A program made the position numbers and the translations under genes. DNA of 64,000 nucleotides from Candidatus Kapaibacterium sp. (GTDB lineage: Bacteria; Bacteroidota; Ignavibacteria; Kapaibacteriales; UBA2268). The notes under the pieces were generated by a model. The model was not told the DNA's origin. It saw only the letters and a program-made list of their open reading frames with translations, and did not search any database. How positions within the stretch are numbered: position 1 is the stretch's first letter; each line of letters begins with the position of its first letter. The stretch covers positions 2,848,001 to 2,912,000 of the forward strand of contig OY761611.1 in the NCBI GenBank assembly GCA_963664875.1. Direction: 5' to 3'. Positions 1-8,810 of the stretch are shown here, in pieces.

Positions 1-1
1 G

Positions 2-1066
2 ATATGGTATGAGTTTGATATTAGCAATCTTCCCTGATTTTTTATCAAATTCGCTTATTGTAATTCCACCATTGCCTCTGTAGCAAAATATATAATTGAA
101 AAATAATGCTTTATTTTCGTGAAAAATCTGCTTTTGGTTTGTAGGGTAAAAAGTATTGCCATACTCTCTTTCACCATTTGCATAATTGTCTGGGTTAACT
201 GTTTTAAGCATATCTATGTTGGTTTTGTCCTGATGGTCAACTAATGGCATTTTGATATAATCACCCATGTAATTATTGCCTCTAAGGTGTTCTACCTGAA
301 AATAATGCGCATAATTTTTGTATTTCAAGCCGGTGATCCAAATAGAACCATTGTCATCGATAGAAAAATCAATAGTGCCAAACCTGTCGATCTGCTTAGT
401 TTCTATTCTATTGGCATTTTTATCAAAAATGTTTACATCCCACACAGACATTATTCTTTGATAATAATGGTTGATATAGATAGCAAAATATTCTTTGTTT
501 GGCGAGACCTTTATCGAAGGAGTATAACTTAATATATTCTCACTTTCTCTGAAGTAAGATATTTCTTCAAGATACTTTCTGAATAGCACTTTCTCAGAGA
601 TTAGCTGTTTAGAACCCAAATCAAAAATTCTAAGGAAAACGCTAAAAGGAACCTGAATATTATTAGACGAAAAGCACGAAAAGAGATAAAGTTTGTTATC
701 TCTAACGTAGCTATGGAAATAGTTTTCATCTTCAAGTGATGATATACTTCCTATCGTAACTATGTTGTTATCCTCTATTTCAGAAATAGTAAATGTTGAT
801 AGATAACTTTTGATATCAGGGTTTTCTATCGGAGTCATTTTTGTTTGAGGCATTGTATTTGATTTATCGGAAATAGATATCAAATATGAAATGTTTTTGT
901 CCTCGTCCACAACTATATCACTTATCTTCTCCGGTGCATCCAATTCTGCCAACTTATCGAAATATTCATTAGATTCGACAGATAGCGAACGAATAGCTAT
1001 ATCATTCATGCAAGACATGAACAAAGTAGTGATTAGGAGAAGAATCAGACTGATTTTATAATTCAT
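2..1066 (-). CDS. Hypothetical lipoprotein, partial (runs off the left edge; absent from the ORF track)
   Basis: ATG at 1066, 12 bp past the stop of the upstream gene. Reads MNYKISLILLLITTLFMSC (signal peptide + lipobox Cys). Frame read as open to the window edge (...HENKALFFNYIFCYRGNGGITISEFDKKSGKIANIKLIPY). Confidence 0.8.
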   Translation of the reverse strand, partial: MNYKISLILLLITTLFMSCMNDIAIRSLSVESNEYFDKLAELDAPEKISDIVVDEDKNISYLISISDKSNTMPQTKMTPIENPDIKSYLSTFTISEIEDNNIVTIGSISSLEDENYFHSYVRDNKLYLFSCFSSNNIQVPFSVFLRIFDLGSKQLISEKVLFRKYLEEISYFRESENILSYTPSIKVSPNKEYFAIYINHYYQRIMSVWDVNIFDKNANRIETKQIDRFGTIDFSIDDNGSIWITGLKYKNYAHYFQVEHLRGNNYMGDYIKMPLVDHQDKTNIDMLKTVNPDNYANGEREYGNTFYPTNQKQIFHENKALFFNYIFCYRGNGGITISEFDKKSGKIANIKLIPY

Positions 1067-1078
1067 TATTCTTTCTCC

Positions 1079-2812
1079 CTACTTAGAATATATATGGAAA
1101 ACAAATTCTATACCAGTAGAAAAGTATAAACCGGGCAGAATGATGGATTTTGCCAAGAGAGAGAATGTTGGGTTGTTGCCAAGAGAAATGCTAAGTGCTT
1201 TAAGTGAAAAAATCAGACTTAATTTTTCTTTAGCATCAAATTCTCTAGAACGCAGATCTAAATTATGATAGCCTATCCCTACTTTAAAGCCGTTTGTTTG
1301 ACTGTAGAACCCATCACTTACAAAGCTCAAGGCAGCACTTGGAGTTGTTGCTGCAAGGTCAGGATCAGCTAATACATTAAAGTCAAACTCAACAGATGAG
1401 TAACGCAAATGCCCTGTGAGAGCCCACTCGCCAGCCTCTTTCTTACTAGAGTTAAGAAAATGAAGCCCGCAGCCAAACTTATTGGAATTTAAATAGGCTC
1501 CAAAGCTGACAAGTTTTATTACTTCCATCTGCACAAGTATATCATTATTCCTGCCCCAATATTCCAAGCCATTTGTCCATAATGCTCCGGCATGGAAACC
1601 GTAATTGCTTTTCTTTTCCTGATCTATATATGATATTTCAGCACCAATAGCATCTCCAAGCATTACCGGTCTTTTACCCCTGTAGATATAGTCGTCAAAT
1701 TCTTCTATGCGTTCATCTTTTTTGTCTAAGCTCTCTTTGGCATTTCTAACCATATCGTTCCATTCTTCACAATCTACAGAGTTGCCGTCAACATACTCTT
1801 CGAGTTCGGCATTTATAGTAGTGTTATAATAGTCATACTTCCCTATAGGATTGTCGAGTTCTCGAGCTTTAGAAAGGCTTGTTTTAAATTTTGATGCGTA
1901 AAGAGATGACTGCTCAGGGTTGTTTTCTTCGCAGTTATAAATCGCATAGTACAATTCATAAGATGCTTTGAAGAAATAAGCTAAAGTATAATTCGGATCT
2001 AAACTGATTGCTTTATCAATGTGAATAAGTGCCGCATCGAGATATTGCGTTTTTTCCTGGCTTTTCAGAAAGTAGTTAATTCCCTGAAATGCAGTTTCTG
2101 CCTTGCAAAGCTCAGCATAAGCTTCCTTATTAGGAGTTCCGATTATATTTTTTATTTCTTCTTTGTTTTCTTTAGCTTTTTCTATCGATGATGTGGCATA
2201 ATCTACAGAACGGAGGAAGCCTGTTGCTTCTACAGAAATAGAGACTTTCTTTGCGTAAATTGTACCAACTACTTTGCCTTGTAGATTGATACAAGGACCG
2301 CCACTGTTTCCACTATTAAGTGCGGCAGTTGTGTTAAGTGTAGAATCATTTGGAATTCCGGAGATAATACCCCAAGTAACTTTGATGTCTTTACTTCCGC
2401 CCGGGAAACCCAAAGCTAATACTTCATCACCGGGAGCAATTTTTGATTTTTCCTCAAATTCGAGAAATGGTAAATTGTCTTGGTCAATCTTCAGAACAGC
2501 CATATCCATTTCACTGTCAGACCAAAGAGTATAGGCAGGGATAGTATCTATATTGTTTCCTTTTGTGATTATAACACTGATCGCTACAGCCTCGTCTATG
2601 ACGTGGTGATTTGTGATAATATATCCGTCTTTGGAAACTATATATCCGGTACCACTCCCGTAATTTGAATTGAAGCCTAATTCGGGCAAGTCAGAAGAGA
2701 TTACTTTAACAACAGCATCTTTTGTTTTAGAGAACGCATCTTTTTTAGTTTGCCCCAAAAGTGAAAAATGGAATAGGGCAAGTGCCATGATGCTCAAAAA
2801 TAATAATTTCAT
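1079..2812 (-). CDS. Secreted trypsin-like (S1C/HtrA-type, no PDZ) serine protease with TPR-like helical region and a C-terminal beta-strand-rich domain
   Basis: Signal peptide; GSGTGYIV, TNHHV (His), DMAVLK (Asp), LNSGNSGGP (Ser); AISLDPNYTLAYF TPR-like segment; alternating hydrophobic C-terminus. Confidence 0.85.
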   Translation of the reverse strand: MKLLFLSIMALALFHFSLLGQTKKDAFSKTKDAVVKVISSDLPELGFNSNYGSGTGYIVSKDGYIITNHHVIDEAVAISVIITKGNNIDTIPAYTLWSDSEMDMAVLKIDQDNLPFLEFEEKSKIAPGDEVLALGFPGGSKDIKVTWGIISGIPNDSTLNTTAALNSGNSGGPCINLQGKVVGTIYAKKVSISVEATGFLRSVDYATSSIEKAKENKEEIKNIIGTPNKEAYAELCKAETAFQGINYFLKSQEKTQYLDAALIHIDKAISLDPNYTLAYFFKASYELYYAIYNCEENNPEQSSLYASKFKTSLSKARELDNPIGKYDYYNTTINAELEEYVDGNSVDCEEWNDMVRNAKESLDKKDERIEEFDDYIYRGKRPVMLGDAIGAEISYIDQEKKSNYGFHAGALWTNGLEYWGRNNDILVQMEVIKLVSFGAYLNSNKFGCGLHFLNSSKKEAGEWALTGHLRYSSVEFDFNVLADPDLAATTPSAALSFVSDGFYSQTNGFKVGIGYHNLDLRSREFDAKEKLSLIFSLKALSISLGNNPTFSLLAKSIILPGLYFSTGIEFVFHIYSK

Positions 2813-2838
2813 TTTGATTTCTTTATTTTCTTAAACAA

Positions 2839-4005
2839 TTAGTCATTTAGTATTTTTTTAAAGAGTTTCGGCGTTGTGCCGTAGTAAAGGTATCCATAAA
2901 AATCGGCTCTGCGAATACTGGTAAGTATTCCGTCCAGTCTGTAATGAGCTTGCTCCATTCTTGCTTCATCAGCAGCAAAACTCATCTTCGGATAGTACTC
3001 TTTTTTTAATTTGATGCGTTCGGTTTCGGGAATAATCCCGTCCGGATAATTTCGTTTTAGAATCTCTTCCTTAACTTTTATGGCATTGTCCAAAAATTCG
3101 TCGTAAGTTTTAGAAGCTAATTCTTCCTGATAATCTTGTGCTAAAGCATTGAAAAGAAGATGGTAAAAGTATGTTTTTAAATAAGCCGGTGATAAAGAGG
3201 AGGCATTTACGTATTTGTCCGATTCGTTTGCGTACTCTTTGGCTTGTAATAGCAGCTCGATTTCATCTTTAATCTTTTCAGCTTTATAACTAAGCATTTC
3301 ATTTTCGAAAGCCTTGCCAATCAACTCTATAAGTTTATAATCCTTAATGGCTCCTATCGGAGTTTTGTTGTAGTCAATATCTGCCAAAGCCGCATGAATC
3401 AAATCAATATTTACCATATAGGCTATACCTTCAGTAAATAGATTTACTTCTTTATCGACTATAACTCCTGCAAGAGAGCCATCCATTGTAATAACCGGTG
3501 CTCCAATCCCACCCGGATTGACAGCAGCGCCTACAGTTATTAGTGTATCAGCAGGACTTCCACTTAGAATGCCCCATGTGCTTTCTAAATAAGTAGAGTC
3601 TCTTCTGCCGCAATTCATAATCATTATCTCATCAATTTGAGACAAATCACTGCTTTTCTTCATCTTGATAGGCTGACATTTCAATTCAGGTACCATGAAT
3701 ATTGCTATATTATTCACAGAGTCTTTCCAAATCAAACCTGCTCCGTATGGCGTTTTGGAATTATGCCGAAAGACATTTACTATCGTACTGTCATTGACTG
3801 AATTCAAAGAAGAGAGCACAAGTTTGTTACCTATAACAACACCACTCTGTATTGCAAGGGAACTTTTGGTAGCATCTTCTGACAAGCGATGGCATTCGAG
3901 GCTTACAAGATATTCTGAGCTAGATTTGATAAGTTCAGTTTTGTTGCTATACAAATTAGAATGAGTTGAAATAAATATACAGATAGTGAGCAAAAGATAT
4001 TTCAT
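2839..4005 (-). CDS. Secreted trypsin-like protease paralog, catalytic triad degenerate (pseudoprotease)
   Basis: Aligns by eye with the neighbour (TWGILSGSPADTLIT vs TWGIISGIPNDSTLN) but has SSLNSV, NNIAIF and NPGGIGAP at the His, Asp and Ser motifs. Confidence 0.75.
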   Translation of the reverse strand: MKYLLLTICIFISTHSNLYSNKTELIKSSSEYLVSLECHRLSEDATKSSLAIQSGVVIGNKLVLSSLNSVNDSTIVNVFRHNSKTPYGAGLIWKDSVNNIAIFMVPELKCQPIKMKKSSDLSQIDEIMIMNCGRRDSTYLESTWGILSGSPADTLITVGAAVNPGGIGAPVITMDGSLAGVIVDKEVNLFTEGIAYMVNIDLIHAALADIDYNKTPIGAIKDYKLIELIGKAFENEMLSYKAEKIKDEIELLLQAKEYANESDKYVNASSLSPAYLKTYFYHLLFNALAQDYQEELASKTYDEFLDNAIKVKEEILKRNYPDGIIPETERIKLKKEYYPKMSFAADEARMEQAHYRLDGILTSIRRADFYGYLYYGTTPKLFKKILND

Positions 4006-4223
4006 ATTTCTCCTAATAAATGTAAAATCATAAAATCTGCATTTCTGTTCTTATATCGTGACAAATATAAATAAATAATTTATATTCTCTGTATAAAATA
4101 TATAATAAATACAACTATAAGGATTTATATCTTAAGATATGATAGCAGTTATATTAACAACTCGTCTTCTAAGACTGTATTTTCTCATTGATATGTTTTA
4201 TTGTTGTGGTAAGATTTACAGCG

Positions 4224-4258
4224 AAAAAAAAAGAACTACTTTTAGTTTAAGTAGTTCT
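4224..4258 (-). terminator. Intrinsic terminator of the FIST gene
   Basis: Inverted repeat agaactactt/aagtagttct followed by a T-run on the minus strand. Confidence 0.7.
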
Positions 4259-4320
4259 CTTATTTGCAAAAATTGCATGAAATGTATTAGCGGTTAGCCA
4301 AAACATTTATAAAATACGCT

Positions 4321-5631
4321 CTATTTGAAAATCAGCATTGTCGCAGTCTGATTGACATGACCAAGGAATTCTTCCCCATAAGTAGAAAAACCTATTGTCG
4401 GATAGTCAGCAAAAAGACCTGCATACTCTGTTTCAATATCTTTAGCTTTTAGTTCAAGTGTTCGAAGGATGCAATTAAAATTGATAATACCGGAGATGGA
4501 GCCGAGAGACTTTTCTGCTCTGTCTATTGCATCTTTTGTTTCTTTAATAATATCATGACTTTCCAACAGATGAAGCTCCATACCTTCCTTAACTGCACAA
4601 TAAAATTTCATTTTGGTATCGATAATTCTCTGAGGGGAGCGAACAAAAGGCTCTCCGTCAATAATGAGTCCTACCGGATTTGTTATGAAATAATCAGACA
4701 CTTCATCGGGTTCAACTCCCAAAACTCTGGCATATTCCAAGGCAGCAGGTTTATTATTGAAAGTAATTATTTCCCTGTTTTTCTCATCTACTTTTGTTGC
4801 TATTAGCACTTCGTCGAGGCATTTAAAGCTTTGAGTTTTGATAAATTGGAAATCAGTATCAGGTTTAATTACACAAAGCACAGCCGCATCTTTATAGGCA
4901 TAACCATTAGCATGCACGAAGGTTTCTTTAAACTGCAAATCATCGCCTGCAGAAGCTCCTACAAAAATCAAATCGCTAGTAGCTCCAAGCTTTTCCATTA
5001 GTTTTTCTTCGTTACCCGTTACTCCATCTATCAAGACAAGACCTGCATAAGTGTCCAAGTCAAGGCTGCTTAGAGGCTTGCTAAAATCATTTTCGAAGCC
5101 CTGAAGAGCCGGAGCAAGATTGATACCGTCAGAAAGGTTTTCAACTACTTGTACGGATATTCTCTCCATAATATGACCACCGAGACCCATTGCTACTATA
5201 TTGCCTTGCAGCATCTTTCCTGAAAATATTTCACCGGCAGTGGAGCAACCAATGACTTGTGCGTCGTTGAAAGCATATCTCATTTCAGCAGCCAGCCACC
5301 TATGATCATATTCCGAAGATGCAAAATAAATAACTAATTTCGGATTGACCGGCATTAAGCTAAAACGTATTTGGGAAACAGCTTCTATAATGTTTTTGTT
5401 AGATGTATGAAATATTTCTATATGATTCTGATTGTTATTACCCAATGCATCAGCAGCAAACTCTTCCAACTTTTTGATAACATCCTTATCATCGTCTGAA
5501 GTATATGTATAATTATCGGGATTGATGCCGCTAAGTATGAGCTTGTTGCGCATGAGATTTGCTACTAAGGGATTCCCTTTGGAACGCCTTTGTATTATGT
5601 TATCTATCATGAACTTAATCAATCCTGCCAT
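4321..5631 (-). CDS. FIST N/C domain sensory protein with an extra ~65-aa N-terminal domain
   Basis: GCSTAGEI, GASAGDDL, NCILR and GFSTYGE..HVNQT motifs typical of FIST proteins. Confidence 0.85.
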   Translation of the reverse strand: MAGLIKFMIDNIIQRRSKGNPLVANLMRNKLILSGINPDNYTYTSDDDKDVIKKLEEFAADALGNNNQNHIEIFHTSNKNIIEAVSQIRFSLMPVNPKLVIYFASSEYDHRWLAAEMRYAFNDAQVIGCSTAGEIFSGKMLQGNIVAMGLGGHIMERISVQVVENLSDGINLAPALQGFENDFSKPLSSLDLDTYAGLVLIDGVTGNEEKLMEKLGATSDLIFVGASAGDDLQFKETFVHANGYAYKDAAVLCVIKPDTDFQFIKTQSFKCLDEVLIATKVDEKNREIITFNNKPAALEYARVLGVEPDEVSDYFITNPVGLIIDGEPFVRSPQRIIDTKMKFYCAVKEGMELHLLESHDIIKETKDAIDRAEKSLGSISGIINFNCILRTLELKAKDIETEYAGLFADYPTIGFSTYGEEFLGHVNQTATMLIFK

Positions 5632-5763
5632 ATCTCTACTTTAATATACTGTAACATTTAGAAATATTTGTTTAAACCTAAAACACTAACTTACTAAAAG
5701 TTGTTTTACATTAGACACAAAAAATGCCTGCAAATTGTAAAAAAAACTGATGTTCGCTTTTTT

Positions 5764-8538
5764 TTATTTGATAATCACAAACGCAAAAGAATCTCTGCTG
5801 TCCTCAGTTTTAATTGTAACAAAGTATTGTCCCTGAGGCAATTCTGCAATGTTATGATTCATAAAGTGAATGCCTTTAGAAAACATTTTTTCTTTTTCTA
5901 AAACTGCAACTTCTTCACCAATTGAATTATTGATTGTTATTGTGTACTGTTGGGTTTTGTTTACGTGCAGTTTAATATTTAGTGTTTCTTTCGTAGGGTT
6001 TGGATATATAGAAACTTCAGCCGCAGCTTGCATCTCTCTGTTAGATGTATCTATCGAATTGAGCAACACCCCGGCTTTTGCAAACAAGTCATTTGCCTGC
6101 TTGTCATCATCGGCAAACGTTATTGCGAAAGTAAGTGAAGCAGTGTCACCGGCATCTATGTTTATCGGCCCTGCACCTATGACCATCGAACAGTCATTTA
6201 CGCTTGAGCTGAGAGCTGCAATGCCGTTACTAAGAGTAGCCCATTTTTCAGATTCAGAAAAACCGTCATAAATTGAAAAACTATTTCCACTACCGGCATT
6301 ATCTATAGGATAAAAAATGTTGTTGTACTCGGACAAGTTTTTAACATATACCTTCTCTATATCATTATTTTCAGAGTGCTGTGCTTTTGCAAAATCATAA
6401 ACAGCGTTGTAGCTCATCAAATCAGAGCCACCATTGAGACTAATGTCCCAATCGTAAAACTGGCCAAAAAGCAGTGAAGTAATCTTGTTGCCATCTGACG
6501 AGCTGATATTATATTTTACGAGCAAAATATCTGAATACTCAGGTTTGTTGGATTGGAAGACTTCCTGCTTGATATGTATATTAGTATTCATAGGAGAGTT
6601 GAAATCCGTAAATTCTGTATTGCCATAGAGGAGATTTTGCTCTTTAAAAAACTTACTAAAAGCAGAAATTTTGCTAAAGTCTCTGTTCTTAGCACCTCCG
6701 GAAGAGCCTCTTGCATTATTAGATAGATTTTCCTCCGAAACAGCTGCTATAATTGCACCTTCAAAAAGATAGTTCAGATTGTTGTAAACCAAACCATTCC
6801 CTTGGCTATTAGTAGAGAAGTCATTGTATCCTATGTTTCCTTCGCTGTTGAAAGTGGCAGTGATGTTGTTATTATCCATATCCAAATAAGAAGGATTGAC
6901 TGTAACTGAAAAGATTCTTGTATCAGTAAAACCTTCTTCCGATTCAATATAAAGATAGACGAATAATGACAAGTCCAAATTAGTGTCTTCCGGTAAAACA
7001 AAACTTAATCTTTTATCAAAAGATAGTGTTTCTTTGGAGCTGATTTTGTCGATAGTAAATGAGCTGTCTATATATTTAGGTTCCAAAGTTGAAGTGGATA
7101 TTGAGAAAGTTACGTTTTTCATGTCATCAAAATAGTTTTTGACAGTAAAATCTAAAAATACTGTATCTTTACTTTCTTCTCTAAACTGATTAAAATTATA
7201 AGAAAGTTTCGCAGATACTATATCTAATAATTGCGGATTGGGTTCTGTGATTGCTCTCATTGGATTTACTTCGCCTCTGCCCATAGCTCCCAAAAGAGGC
7301 TTTGTTGTAAAATTGTTATCTGCAGTTGCCTTTAGTCTTGCAGTTAATTCTTCAGCTGTGAGTTCAGGGTATTTTGCCTTTACCAAAGCAGCCACACCTG
7401 AAAGCACTGGAGTAGCCATTGAAGTCCCACTTTTAAAACCATAAGAATTGTCAGTAATTGTGGACAAAATAGATGAGCCAAAAGCAGCGATATCTACCGA
7501 AACACCATAATTTGAATATACTGCCTTTGAGCGGTCAGGATCTAAAGACGCAACAGAAAGAACGCCCGAATAGGACGCTGGATATATATCGGAAAAAGAA
7601 TATTCGTTGCCGGCGGCGGCTACTATCAAAGCACCATAATCCTGAGCTGCTTTAATAATTTCTTCCTCTGCTCTTGAGTAGCCGCCACCACCGAAAGAAC
7701 AGTTAATTATATCTGCTCCCATCATAGCTGCATACAATATACCTTGGTAGCCATTGTTTATTGAAGTCGAATTTGGGTTGTCCGGAGCTGCCTTAACAGG
7801 AAGAATTTTTGCATTTGGAGCTACGCCTGCTACACCAATGAAATTGTTTGTAGAGGCAGCGGAAATGCCGGCAACGTGTGTGCCATGATCTTTACCCGGA
7901 GTTGGGTCATTATCTCCGGTGCCGCTTTCTCCATAAAAATCCCAGCCTTGCCAATCATCTATATATCCGTTATTATCATCATCTATTCCATTGCTTTTTT
8001 TGTCTTTGCCGTTGGCGTCTTGTCCTATTTCACCGGGATTATGTTTGATTTTGTCTTCCAAATCGCTGTGATCTAATTCTACACCTGTATCGACTACCCC
8101 AATAACAACTTCTTCTGAGTCATCAATCAAATCCCAAACAGCGAAAATATTCATAGAATCGAGATGGTACTGCTGAGCAAGAAGCATATCATTAGGTCTT
8201 TCAACAATTTTCATTTCTGGTACTTCTTCGATATACATAAGGTCATAATTCGAATGTAAATACTCAAAATCTGAATTCGATAGATTCTCAGCTTTGTATA
8301 TTAGACTTAATGACGTATAACTCTCTTTGGATAAAGTTTGATCTAAAGCAATATTGGGTGGAACTATAGGGACTAATTTGATTTTATTAACTTTGCTGAG
8401 AGTTGTTACAATTTGAGTCAATTTCCCCTTGGTTTTAGGATTAAACTTAATATAATAATCTTTAGAAGTACTTGTTTCAGCAAAAGCGAAGTTCCAAGAG
8501 AGGATTGCAATCAGGATAATATATCTAAATAATTTCAT
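5764..8538 (-). CDS. S8 subtilisin-family serine protease with T9SS C-terminal sorting domain
   Basis: VVDTG, HGTHVAG, AAGN, GTSMATP; C-terminal IYPNP...LPQGQYFV. Start placed at ATG 8538 (MKLFRY signal peptide). Confidence 0.92.
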   Translation of the reverse strand: MKLFRYIILIAILSWNFAFAETSTSKDYYIKFNPKTKGKLTQIVTTLSKVNKIKLVPIVPPNIALDQTLSKESYTSLSLIYKAENLSNSDFEYLHSNYDLMYIEEVPEMKIVERPNDMLLAQQYHLDSMNIFAVWDLIDDSEEVVIGVVDTGVELDHSDLEDKIKHNPGEIGQDANGKDKKSNGIDDDNNGYIDDWQGWDFYGESGTGDNDPTPGKDHGTHVAGISAASTNNFIGVAGVAPNAKILPVKAAPDNPNSTSINNGYQGILYAAMMGADIINCSFGGGGYSRAEEEIIKAAQDYGALIVAAAGNEYSFSDIYPASYSGVLSVASLDPDRSKAVYSNYGVSVDIAAFGSSILSTITDNSYGFKSGTSMATPVLSGVAALVKAKYPELTAEELTARLKATADNNFTTKPLLGAMGRGEVNPMRAITEPNPQLLDIVSAKLSYNFNQFREESKDTVFLDFTVKNYFDDMKNVTFSISTSTLEPKYIDSSFTIDKISSKETLSFDKRLSFVLPEDTNLDLSLFVYLYIESEEGFTDTRIFSVTVNPSYLDMDNNNITATFNSEGNIGYNDFSTNSQGNGLVYNNLNYLFEGAIIAAVSEENLSNNARGSSGGAKNRDFSKISAFSKFFKEQNLLYGNTEFTDFNSPMNTNIHIKQEVFQSNKPEYSDILLVKYNISSSDGNKITSLLFGQFYDWDISLNGGSDLMSYNAVYDFAKAQHSENNDIEKVYVKNLSEYNNIFYPIDNAGSGNSFSIYDGFSESEKWATLSNGIAALSSSVNDCSMVIGAGPINIDAGDTASLTFAITFADDDKQANDLFAKAGVLLNSIDTSNREMQAAAEVSIYPNPTKETLNIKLHVNKTQQYTITINNSIGEEVAVLEKEKMFSKGIHFMNHNIAELPQGQYFVTIKTEDSRDSFAFVIIK

Positions 8539-8746
8539 TTTTTCAGGCCGTAAAGTTGACAAATTAGATTTAAAAAAATGGAGACTACTATAAATTCAAG
8601 TATAAATTTGACTAAAACAGCTTTTTTAGTGATAAATATTTTTGCCAAAATATAGAAATCTAAATAGCTCTCTATCGAAACTACACATAAAATACAAAAA
8701 TGTTTGAAAAATATTTTTCGTAAACTGGAATTTCTACATTATAGAT

Positions 8747-8782
8747 AAAAAAACCTCGGCAACAGATACAGTTCCGAGGTTT
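8747..8782 (-). terminator. Intrinsic terminator between the tandem subtilases
   Basis: aaacctcgg/ccgaggttt inverted repeat with T-run on the minus strand. Confidence 0.65.
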
Positions 8783-8810
8783 GTGACAATGTCAATATTT
8801 ATAAATCAAA

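Noticed and set aside
287-532. 81-aa plus-strand ORF and the many other short ORFs antisense to or inside long genes (e.g. 5870-6271, 30308-30760, 47190-47549, 56446-56805)
   Set aside because: Shadow ORFs of well-supported genes, with no recognisable motifs.
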